From Obrimoposthia wandeli (taxonomy: Eukaryota), in NCBI GenBank assembly GCA_977020255.1, contig CDROCS010000562.1:310001-374000 (forward strand): a stretch of 64,000 nt of DNA. The letters are read 5' to 3'. The position numbers were made by a program, and so were the translations under genes. Each line of letters opens with the position of its first letter. The stretch's first letter is position 1. Positions 18,599 to 28,129 of the stretch are shown piece by piece. Under the pieces are notes generated by a model. That model saw only the letters and a program-made list of their open reading frames with translations. It was not told the origin of the DNA and did no database searches.

Positions 18599-19324
18599 TA
18601 ACATTACATTCTTTCCTCCCTTCTTTCCTTCCTAATTCCTTACTTATCTATGTAGCCATTTTGTGTATAAGTAATAAATTAGTGAATATTTGAGACTCTG
18701 TCCAAATGTTCACTTTTTTAGAAAAAACCGAGTTTCTTTTAAAAGTTTTGGGCATGTTTGATGAATTGAATGACTGATTTTGTAGGGATGGACCTAAAAT
18801 CAACAGCCAGAGGCTTATAAGAGTAAAATCGATACGTTCCGGGGACGTAACTTTTTTGGAACCCCCGAGATATGTTAGATTTAGGAATTGAGAAATTATT
18901 AAAAAAATTAAATAATTTATACTAAAATAAAATCCTTGAAAGCAAGGTTGAAAATTAAATATTTAAAATTAAGTTAAAATATTAGAGGATAAAATCAGGG
19001 GTAAATATTAATAGGACCACGAAGGTCGTGTGTAGTGTGTCGTATATATAGGTTAAGATTATTAATACAAAAGTGCAAAATAAGAATAAGACTTAATTAG
19101 GGGAAACTAAGAAGAAAAATCAAGAAAGAAATTAATCAAGGAAAGAAGAAATTATCGTTTAATTTTCCACCTGCCAAATTGTTTCGGCGCAGCACTCGTT
19201 ATATCGACTATTGTGTTTTCAGCTGTCTAGGATCGACAGTAGCGCTCGAGCCTAAGAGGAAAAAAGTAATTAGATTAAATCTATAAATTTTACTTAATTG
19301 CTTAGCAGCTGATTTTATATCGAC

Positions 19325-19404
19325 TATATAAGTCGCCCCAATCAATTGTCAGAAAAAGAAAGGATTCTAGCCGAGACACACACAGCGGAAAAGAGCTGGT
19401 AAGC
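19325..19404 (+). promoter_or_regulatory. TATA-like box and downstream 5' splice donor in the putative LTR
   Basis: TATATAA at 19325-19331; CTG|GTAAGC with GT at 19399-19400. Confidence 0.45.
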
Positions 19405-19487
19405 GTGTCTAATTTGAGTTAGATTAATTCCGGCATTTTTATAGAAATCTGAAATTTACCAATCCTGAAATATTTACCCATCCTGCC

Positions 19488-19883
19488 ATCAATTTGAATC
19501 CAGTATTATCAATTTGAATCCAGTATTATCAATTTGAATCCAGTATTATCAATTTGAATCCAGTATTATCAATTTGAATCCAGTATTATCAATTTGAATC
19601 CAGTATTATCAATTTGAATCCAGTATTATCAATTTGAATCCAGTATTATCAATTTGAATCCAGTATTATCAATTTGAATCCAGTATTATCAATTTGAATC
19701 CAGTATTATCAATTTGAATCCAGTATTATCAATTTGAATCCAGTATTATCAATTTGAATCCAGTATTATCAATTTGATCCAGTATTCTCAATTTGAATCC
19801 AGTATTATCAATTTGAATCCAGTATACTCAACTGCATCCAGTATACTCAACTGCATCCAGTACGCTCAGCTGAATCCAGTTTG
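19488..19883 (+). repeat. 20-bp tandem array (~20 units) inside the LTR
   Basis: atcaatttgaatccagtatt x14 perfect (19488-19767), then progressively diverged units. Confidence 0.98.
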
Positions 19884-19957
19884 CTCTACCGATCCCGCGC
19901 CAGCCGATCTCGAGACTAGAAAACGTAAGAGAGATTAGTAGGGCCAAGAGTTGAGGG

Positions 19958-20483
19958 TTACCCATTTTCTGATTTACATTAATTTTGGAAAAATTGAAAG
20001 TTACCCATTTTTGATTTACATTAATTTTGGAAGAATTGAAAGTTACCCATTTTTTGATTTACATTAATTTTGGATAAAATTGAATTACCCATTTTCCGAG
20101 TTACATTAATTCCGGATAACATTGAATTAACCATTTTCTGATTTACATTAATTTTGGATAAAATTGAATTACCCATTTTCCGAGTTACATTAATTCCGGA
20201 TAACATTGAATTAACCATTTTCTGATTTACATTAATTTTGGATAAAATTGAATTACCCATTTTCCGAGTTACATTAATTTCGGATAACATTGAATTAACC
20301 ATTTTCTGATTTACATTAATTTTGGATAACATTGAATTACCCATTTTCTGAGTTACATTAATTTCGGATAACATTGAATTAACCATTTTCTGATTTACAT
20401 TAATTTTGGATAACATTGAATTACCCATTTTCTGATTTACATTAATTTTGGATAAAATTGAATTGCCCATTTTTTGATTTACA
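19958..20483 (+). repeat. 42-bp tandem array (~12.5 units) with partial 84-bp higher-order structure
   Basis: Variants ttaaccattttctgatttacattaattttggataaaattgaa and ttacccattttccgagttacattaattccggataacattgaa alternate. Confidence 0.97.
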
Positions 20484-20745
20484 ATAATTATTGATATAAA
20501 GATAAAAGTTTACCCTCCAAGTAGTAAAGTTGACATTAAAGTTAAATTGATTGAAAAAGCTATAACTTGAGCTTATTCGCGAGTTAGAGGAACGACTCTA
20601 AAAAACTCGACTAACTTTACATAAAATCGATACGTGGTTCATCCCCACTTTTTGTAGAGACTTACAGAAGTCTTAGGAATTTTTACTATACTTTTTAGAA
20701 AATACGTACATAAACGTATTGTTGTGTTCAGTTTAGTGTGCTACC

Positions 20746-20751
20746 AATAAA
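20746..20751 (+). terminator. Polyadenylation signal in the putative LTR
   Basis: AATAAA ~150 bp before the inferred LTR end. Confidence 0.4.
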
Positions 20752-20904
20752 CGATTTCCTACATTAGAACACGTTGTTTTTAAACCCTTCAGATTAAGAG
20801 ACGTCAAACCAAACACCTTCAGATAAGAAAAAGAGATAACACTAAACCATAACACTAAGTAGGCCACGACCAACTTTAAGACCTGCTTCTATTCGAACTC
20901 ACGT

Positions 20905-20916
20905 TGGGGCTCTCCG
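20905..20916 (+). promoter_or_regulatory. Degenerate primer-binding site (tRNA-Pro-like)
   Basis: TGGGGCTCTCCG resembles TGGGGGCTCGTCCG, the complement of the tRNA-Pro 3' end; it directly follows the inferred LTR end. Confidence 0.5.
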
Positions 20917-21049
20917 CACATAAGAGGATCTATACAAGTCTCGTATAGAAACCCCAACAAAATAATTAAGAGAGAATAAGATATATAAAAACAGAATTGA
21001 ATTAAGAATACGATAAGTAATAAGTGAATTAATACGGGAATAAGTAAAT

Positions 21050-21454
21050 TGATATAAAGAGTTCGTAAAATAATAAATTGAGTAATCAAAATATAAAATA
21101 TTAAAAAGTAATAAGTAAATTGAAGTTGTTGAGATATAAGTGAATACATAATTGACAAGATAGTGGATAATCATTGAGAACCCGCATTTAATACTAGAAG
21201 ACAGAGTCGAGATGATCAGATTCCTCGAGTAAATAAAGATGTTACATAAGTATTTCAAGTCGAAGATGTTGAAGAAACAGTATCTGAAAGATACATTAAT
21301 TATTTGACGAAGTAAATCAAGTAGATATCCAGGAAAGATTGAAGAAGCTAATTTGAACGATATTGAAGACATAATTGAGGAAAATGTGGCTAACGCAGCT
21401 ATGAATGTGGAATAGTTAGTGCAAGCATTGAATGTGATGTTGAGATCCAATTTT
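21050..21454 (+). pseudogene. Decayed copy of the leader and gag 5' end from a related element
   Basis: Homologous to ~455-955: PAFNTRRQS vs PAYNTRRQS; MNVE*LVQALNVMLRSNF vs MNAEQLAQAINATLRPNF; contains stops and indels. Confidence 0.85.
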
Positions 21455-21754
21455 ACATAATAATATAAGATAAGAATGTAGGTTTTTGTTCTGTCGCCAT
21501 GCCGCTGAATCGTCCCTTTATACTACTAGTAGGAAATTTAATGAAAAAAATTGATCGATTAAATAAGAAATTCGGAGAAGAGCCTCATGATTTGATGGTT
21601 ATCCTAGCAAATAAACTATTATAATATCCCAATGAATATCAACTTTACGAAAGTTTAGTCAAATTCGAGGAAAAGTGAGTTTATTTTGGAAATTCCACAA
21701 GACAATTCGATGCTTTAAATGAGAGGAAACACCTTCAGCTGTACCAAAGAATTA

Positions 21755-22146
21755 TCGCTTTTGCTATTAGGCGTGTGGTAGAACTATGAAGTGATTATAT
21801 TTTCGAATTGCTTGAAAATGGGGTAACAGTCAAGTTGGATGTTTAGAGGACTCGATTGGATATTGTATATAAAATCACAAAAATATCAATTCTTAATAAA
21901 TAGAAAACGATGTTTACTTCAACTCGACAATGCTCGACCTCACACATCTACAAGGTCCTCAAATTTCTCAATGATAATCTTGAAATATTATCACATCCCG
22001 CTAATAGTCTGGACTTAGTTCCATCAGATTTCCATATTTCCTTGTCGACGGCCTGCTTTCTAAAAGAAAAAATAATTTACGAACTAAATTTGGATGTTTC
22101 GAAGGAATGGTACAGCTCATGGTTTAAGCAACTAGTAAGAAGATGG
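21755..22146 (+). mobile_element. mariner transposase relic
   Basis: LLGVW*NYEVII.ELL, QLDNARPHT and HPANSLDLVPSDFH match mariner (W..GV...ELL, HDNARPH, HPPYSPDLAPSD); stops and frameshifts present. Confidence 0.8.
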
Positions 22147-22602
22147 TGACTACCATCGATTATGATGTATCTTGTGTTGTGTTAAGAGACGACTTTCTTC
22201 ATTGGACAATTTTCTACATTTATAATTGGACTGATCAACATCATTATTTTTGGAATTTGAGCAGATGCGTAATTTCCCCAAAAATAGCAAGACCATCTTT
22301 GATATATGATGATTGAGGTGATTCGATAGAGTTTCCCTCGCTTTCATTGATTTGAATTAAAAAAGAAGTTTTGCTGTTGACAATTAAATTACGAGTTCAG
22401 CATTTCTATTCTACTTGTCATCCCCTTAAATTAGCGACAAGTAAGATTGCGTAAAAATATCACTAGCTATATATAAAAAATGTATGTAACAACAAATGAA
22501 GATAGAGTGTTAAGAGAAAATGCGTGTAATTAATAAAAACATGTGTTAGGAATTTTTCAAACTATTTTTAGTTAGTTTAAAATGATTAAAAATAAACTAT
22601 GA

Positions 22603-22730
22603 ACATCTATGAGTCATGAAAGACTTCAAAAATTGTCTGTGATGATTGTAAAATATGATAAATTTAAAAATGTTGACTTTATAGAGATAATCGAAGATGT
22701 TTCAAGGAAGAAGTCTCGAAAAGAACATAC
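22603..22730 (+). mobile_element. hAT transposase C-terminal fragment
   Basis: TSMSHERLQKLSVM...IIEDVSRKKSRK resembles the hAT C-terminal STM.QERL..L...IID.FA.KK.RK. Confidence 0.5.
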
Positions 22731-23354
22731 TGATAATTGCTTTTTTAAATATTTGTTTTATTAAAGAGTTTTTAATTGAAGTATTTTTATTTTAAATGTA
22801 TACTAAATAAAATTAAATTACCAAATTATAATTTCTGTCCAAAAGTTTTTGGAAGAAATTGAAATACCAGAAAATATAATATTTACCTTTCCAATACGCT
22901 AAAAATACTCAGAAAATTCAGTTACAACACGGGAAACCACCAAGCAATGTCGCACAAACAATCTCCCCTGGAGATTCATCGGTCTTACCTTACGGTGTGA
23001 CGCTACAGGGAATTTAATTGCCTGTATGTGTTTACTACAAGTTTTTGTTCTCACTATTAAGAAAAATTTCTCGAATTTCCAGAACAAATGAAAGAAATAT
23101 GATGCAAATTTATTACCTTAAGGATATTGGATTATCAACCAATGGACGTTAATGTTTCTGATCCCATGTGAAATTTCAGACTAGAAGAGGCGAAATCTGG
23201 GTCATGTTGGGTATTTTATGTTGGGTTTATTGATATTGCCCTAAATATACACGAATTTCTGGATTTAGTCAAGGTTTTAATATAGTATCTCTTAGAACTC
23301 CGTATCCATTTATTATAACTCTAATAAAACGAGAGACTGAGTAGACAGCTGATC

Positions 23355-25001
23355 ATGTTGCCATTCCAGTCCATCTTACTTGTATTTCTACTGCATTTCA
23401 ATGAAAATCTCAGCGAAGAACCGGGAATGTCCTGTGAAAACTCGAATGCATTTTGCAGCTGCCACGAGGAATGTGTCGACTTTTCTGATTGCTGTGTAGG
23501 CTATCGTCGGCAATCGATTGGATCGGATGTAAGTTCTAAATTGGGTTGCAAATATTCGGTGTGGTTTACAAACAAGAGCGGAGACAAGCAGCACCGATTC
23601 GCCCTATTTTGCACAAATCTCCAAATGGACCCTCCACATCAGACAGTAAATTTTGTTTCAGTAGTACAAGTAAACTCAGATAAAATATTTAACGAAACAT
23701 TTTGTGTTATCAGCAAAGGTGTCAATCGACTCAAATATGCTTTAGATGGTATCAAAAGCGACGATATTGTTGCGCAGAAAATTACCGAAGCAACCAACAT
23801 CATCAGAAAAACCCTCGACAAATGTTTGTTAGAACCTAAATCCGAAAATGTGAAAACTCGACATGATTACAACGATATGATTCGAGCTTGTTTTGACACG
23901 ACAAATGAACACTACACGAACTGTACAGTTGGTCCTTGGAGACCACGTAGTAATGGCTCCCATTTCTTCTCTGACGAGTACTGCTGTAATTGTCACGATA
24001 ATGCACCTCAGTGCATCAAACTCAACCCAGGAACTGATTCACCATCTTCTTCTCCAACTATCATAAATTTCGGTGAATGCACAAATTGTTCGAACAACAA
24101 TCGAAGCGACAATAACTCAACTAATGCACATCGACATATTTATATTATGTACTGTATTGATATCTTTTGTACCATTCTATCTATTATTGCTTTATCTCTG
24201 TTGCTTTTAATGTACTTTTCTCAACCAACTTTCCATAACTTTGGAGGATATCTGACAATTAGTCTGTGTTCCAGTGTTCTCCTGGAAGATGTATTCTGTA
24301 TATGCTACCCCTCAGGATTTTCTACTCATTGTATTTTGACAGGTGCCATGCATCATTTCTTTATTTTAAATAAGTATGTTTGGATGAGCACATATGCCCT
24401 CAATTTAGTACAAACTTTTGGGGTCGATCGTCATCAACTGAGAAAGAAGAGTTTGAAGACATTTCTGGTATATTTAGGGAGTGCATTTGGAGTTGTGTCT
24501 TGTTTGGTGATGTCTGCGTGGTCTTTTGATCGATTTAGGCCTGAATCGTGGTTGAGACCGGGATATTGTCAACCAAACTATGTAGGTTTTGTCATTTGGT
24601 ATATCATACCAGGTATACTGCTGCTGTTGTTTAATCTTATTGCATGTGTAGTGGTTTTCTACAAGATCATCAAGAGATCGGTAGCGTCTCGAGGGGCCAA
24701 TAAGAGATCCTTAAAGATTTTTCTATTATGTGTTCGACTGACTTCCGTGTTTGGAGTTAACAGCATGATCTATTTTTGGGTTTACATCTGTTATGATAGA
24801 TATTTTTATTATATTTCCGCGATTCTCGTTAGTTTGCATGGAGTCCAACTGGCTATCTGCTTCCTTTGGACCAACAAGGCCAAAACTGTTGTGCTAGACA
24901 TGCTCAGGTCCTTACGTACTCGAGTGCAACTAAAAGGTCATCAAAAACCTGAGCTATGTAACATTATGGTACCCGATACGGAAGAAGACAAAATTGGTTG
25001 A
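23355..25001 (+). CDS. Single-ORF family-B/Methuselah-adhesion-like 7TM GPCR with signal peptide and somatomedin-B-like Cys domain
   Basis: N-terminal signal; SCENSNAFCSCHEECVDFSDCCVGY; seven hydrophobic helices with family-B-like motifs (ILSIIALSLLLLMY, HHFFIL..YVWMS..A, RPGY, LHGV). Confidence 0.85.
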   Translation: MLPFQSILLVFLLHFNENLSEEPGMSCENSNAFCSCHEECVDFSDCCVGYRRQSIGSDVSSKLGCKYSVWFTNKSGDKQHRFALFCTNLQMDPPHQTVNFVSVVQVNSDKIFNETFCVISKGVNRLKYALDGIKSDDIVAQKITEATNIIRKTLDKCLLEPKSENVKTRHDYNDMIRACFDTTNEHYTNCTVGPWRPRSNGSHFFSDEYCCNCHDNAPQCIKLNPGTDSPSSSPTIINFGECTNCSNNNRSDNNSTNAHRHIYIMYCIDIFCTILSIIALSLLLLMYFSQPTFHNFGGYLTISLCSSVLLEDVFCICYPSGFSTHCILTGAMHHFFILNKYVWMSTYALNLVQTFGVDRHQLRKKSLKTFLVYLGSAFGVVSCLVMSAWSFDRFRPESWLRPGYCQPNYVGFVIWYIIPGILLLLFNLIACVVVFYKIIKRSVASRGANKRSLKIFLLCVRLTSVFGVNSMIYFWVYICYDRYFYYISAILVSLHGVQLAICFLWTNKAKTVVLDMLRSLRTRVQLKGHQKPELCNIMVPDTEEDKIG

Positions 25002-26268
25002 ACAGAGAAAACTGCGTGAGAATTTAATGCATTTTGATCACAATATATTCACTTAATAACTTCCTATACAGTAGTTGGATTTGGTTGAGCAAGAAGGTGA
25101 TTTTAAAAAATTTCATTAATTCTGATCGTAAATTTTTCGAAATCTCTAAATAAAAAGGCCACTAAAGTCTGTAAAATTTCAAGAATATTAACAAACCTTA
25201 AACGACATAAAAATATTTAAATTCGATCTACTCATACAATTTGAATCAATTGGGATCAATGTACTGATTCTTATTTTGATTAATTAAACTTAGTTTTGGA
25301 AAGTTTTTAGGTTTTGATTTTTAATATAAAAGTACGACATTTCATATGTAATAACCTAATATATAGTTTTGAATTGTTTACGACTTACACTGTGCTCGTA
25401 AGATAATATTTTGTCCAAAACCCATAAATCTTCAGATTTTGAGAAGATCCAAGATATGCTTTGACACACAATCCCTTAAGAACCCACAAACTAGAGGCTT
25501 CTATAAGAAGCAAAACAACTCATTTAACGTTAGTAAATCGAACTAAACAACATAAAATGTAATCAATAACTTTTACTTTAATAAATGTATAGTGAAAAAT
25601 AGTGGATCCCTTTAGAAATATCTGTAATCGTTTTAAAGCAGTTTGTTCATGCAAATGATAAAATAAAATTTTTCTTCTCAATTTGTTTAGAAGTTTTAAG
25701 TTCATCTTTAGTTTGGCTTTAGTCATAAATCACCTATTTTACATTAGTGAGTTAAAATGAGAAATTTACTAAATTAGTACCTCTAGTATATTCCAATTAC
25801 AGATCCTATCGCTGATAGGATATCGTCTCGTTTCTGGCCCAGATAGTTTACTAAAAAATAATTTAGTAGGTCAAAATATATGGAAAAATTAATTTACACA
25901 AACTTACACAGATGAGCAAAAAATTGATTTGATGAAAATCCATCGAAGAGCATATTTTTTCATTTTAACTTAGTAAGGTAACTATTTATAACAAGAAAAT
26001 AAAACTTTGTGCATAGGAATTTACACTGAATTCCCCGATTGATATTTTTAGTAAAGTTATTGATTGAATTTATTGGAAAATTATAATTTTTTCACAATTA
26101 ATACTTAAATTTAATTAAAACAAAAACTAAAAAATTAAATTTAAAATAGCTTCTATTTGTACTTCAGTATTAATGAAATACAATAAAATACATTTAAAAT
26201 ATTAGCTAAATTTATTATTTTTTAAAATTTACTAAATGTCTGAATATAAATCACTAAGTTACAATGAG

Positions 26269-26629
26269 TGTACCGTGTATATCTACTTGAAATCGTTAGT
26301 TAAATGTGCCAGTACTACCGGGTGCTGTGCTAAATGCATCGATCAGAGCATTAGCGCAGCTTATATGCACTGCGCACGGCGCGAGGAGGGTGTGCATGGG
26401 ATGAGGGAACGAGTATCATCGATCTGGAACGTGCTGGGTCTCGTGAGACCAAGTTGGCAGTGCAGGGGACAGAGCAAGCATGACCCAGGGAAGCAAATAG
26501 CCGTGTATGACAGAACGTCAACATAAGAGGGCCTCAAGCAGGCAATTGTTTGTTCTCAGTTATTGGCTCTCCTTATTCACTTCGTCTCAGCACCAATAAG
26601 GGACCAGAGAGCCTGCTTACATGCTTACA
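26269..26629. other. Unexplained GC-rich island with TGTA...TACA ends and internal inverted repeats
   Basis: Sharp compositional contrast with very AT-rich flanks; several hairpin-capable pairs; no target-site duplication found. Confidence 0.4.
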
Positions 26630-27589
26630 GAATGAAAAAGCAATCAACAAAAAATAATTTAAAAAAGTGGATATTGGCAAAAAAAATTTAATTCCCCTCT
26701 ATAAAATTTTAATATCAGTTCGAGTGCTATAAAATTGTGGTACAATATAATCAAATCTACACAACATACTGTGCAAATAATTTTTGGCCCAATTTATAAT
26801 ATTTTATAGTCAACGCCAATATCAGTGTACATTGCTAAATCCAAATATCTAACATGGAGACGCTTTTTGAAAAAATTAATAAATTTTAACAAAGGTTCTT
26901 TTTCATTAGATCGAATATATTTTTTAAAAATTTGATTATTGATAATTGCTTATTTGAAACCAATACCAAAATTATCTAGGTAGTATTTAAATTAGCAAAT
27001 TGTAAAGATTATCATGTGAAAATTTTATATTATTTAAATTAAAATTTTTAAAATATATATGATAATTTTAATTCTGACTGATATTTCGTAATTGTTATAT
27101 AATCTAAAGAAGGAATGGTGAATTTATTTAATCAGTGACTTAAAAAATTTAAATTGTTTTGAGAGTTAAAAGACAATTTTTTAAATAATAATTGATATCA
27201 ATAAGATAAAATACAAATATTAAAAAAATTATGATATAATTAAGGATTCCAATGATTATTGTTCTTGCTTTTTGAAGCTGTTTTTTTCTATTCAAGACTT
27301 GTAAATATTCACCTTCGCACACAAGCAGCACTAATTTTCCCCCAAATCGATTGTAATGTGGATTTTTGATTAAATTCATTTGAGGAAACATTCACTCATA
27401 TGCGTATGTTGATCCAAACAGTGTGAGAAGTGCCAGCTAATAATTTCATTGAATTGAATGTGTTTGGTAAGGATATCCACATTCTCTGTTGTAATATGAA
27501 AGGCAATTTTACAAATACTCGCAATTGGTTGTGCTTGCAAATCACGTTGTTTTAAGAACATTATGGGTATTTCTAAATTGCCCGTGACC

Positions 27590-27770
27590 GGGAACGCTAA
27601 TCGCAAAGCCTGGATGACTGGAGAATTTTATTCAGCATAGCTGCAATCATTAAATAAAGACATGAAACTAAAATTACGAAAGGTGCTGTTATTTGTAGAC
27701 AATTGCCTTGCACATCCGATTATTGAAGAGTTATGTATAAGTTGCATTCTTTCCACCAAATGAGATTAAT
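27590..27770 (+). mobile_element. pogo/Tigger DDE transposase fragment
   Basis: N.KAWMTGE...KVLLFVDNCLAHP...FFPPN. Confidence 0.75.
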
Positions 27771-28125
27771 TTCATCTTTGAGCCGTTTTACAAAGCCAAT
27801 TTTGTTCCCAATAATACTTGGAGCCCCATCAGTTGGGACAGAAATAATCTTGTTCAAATCGATGTTCATTTGAAAAAAACTCTTCGTACATTTCATAGCT
27901 CCTGTTATTGTTCCTTTAATGGTTCTTGATTAGCTCTTCTTCCAGGACATATTTGGATTTATACTTCTCCAGTAATATCGGTACTTTCATCAGAAGAAAT
28001 GAAAAGCACTCCAACAGAGTTCAAATGATCAATTATTTGAGCAGCAAAATTTTGATCCAAATCCAAAATTCGATCTTTAATGGTGCTCTGATTATCAGAT
28101 AATTCTTTAATAGTGCTTCGCAATT
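27770..28125 (-). mobile_element. hAT (SPIN/GTF2IRD2-like) transposase fragment
   Basis: Minus strand: TIKDRILDL..., SSDESTDITG, KIISVPTDGAPSIIGNKIGFV. Confidence 0.7.
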
Positions 28126-28129
28126 CTAT

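Larger units (their letters stand above)
1..20903 (+). mobile_element. Giant Ty3/Gypsy-type LTR retroelement (5' LTR outside window), env-bearing, with many accessory domains
   Basis: Gag capsid-like region plus CCHC knuckle. Pol in PR-RT-RNaseH-IN order (YIDD; TDAS; HHCC/DDE/GPY), with long uninterrupted ORFs. Putative LTR at 18873-20903 followed by a PBS-like motif. Confidence 0.95.
18873..20903 (+). repeat. Putative LTR (~2.0 kb) containing two internal tandem arrays
   Basis: Starts TGTTAG after a gypsy-like pre-LTR motif (gttccggggacgtaac-tttttt); ends ...ctcacg (CA>CG?) just before a PBS-like motif; contains a TATA-like box and AATAAA. No second LTR is in the window to confirm the boundaries. 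Confidence 0.55.

Noticed and set aside
19488-19883. CRISPR-like array
   Set aside because: Units are head-to-tail with no unique spacers, there are no cas genes, and the context is eukaryotic.
20021-20470. 149-aa minus-strand ORF (MGNSILSKINVNQK repeats)
   Set aside because: By-product of a stop-free 42-bp tandem repeat.
26437-26450. Inverted BsaI sites (GGTCTC-GT-GAGACC) as a sign of synthetic or vector DNA
   Set aside because: The 2-nt spacing is not a usable cloning layout and no other vector features are nearby; treated as a natural palindrome.
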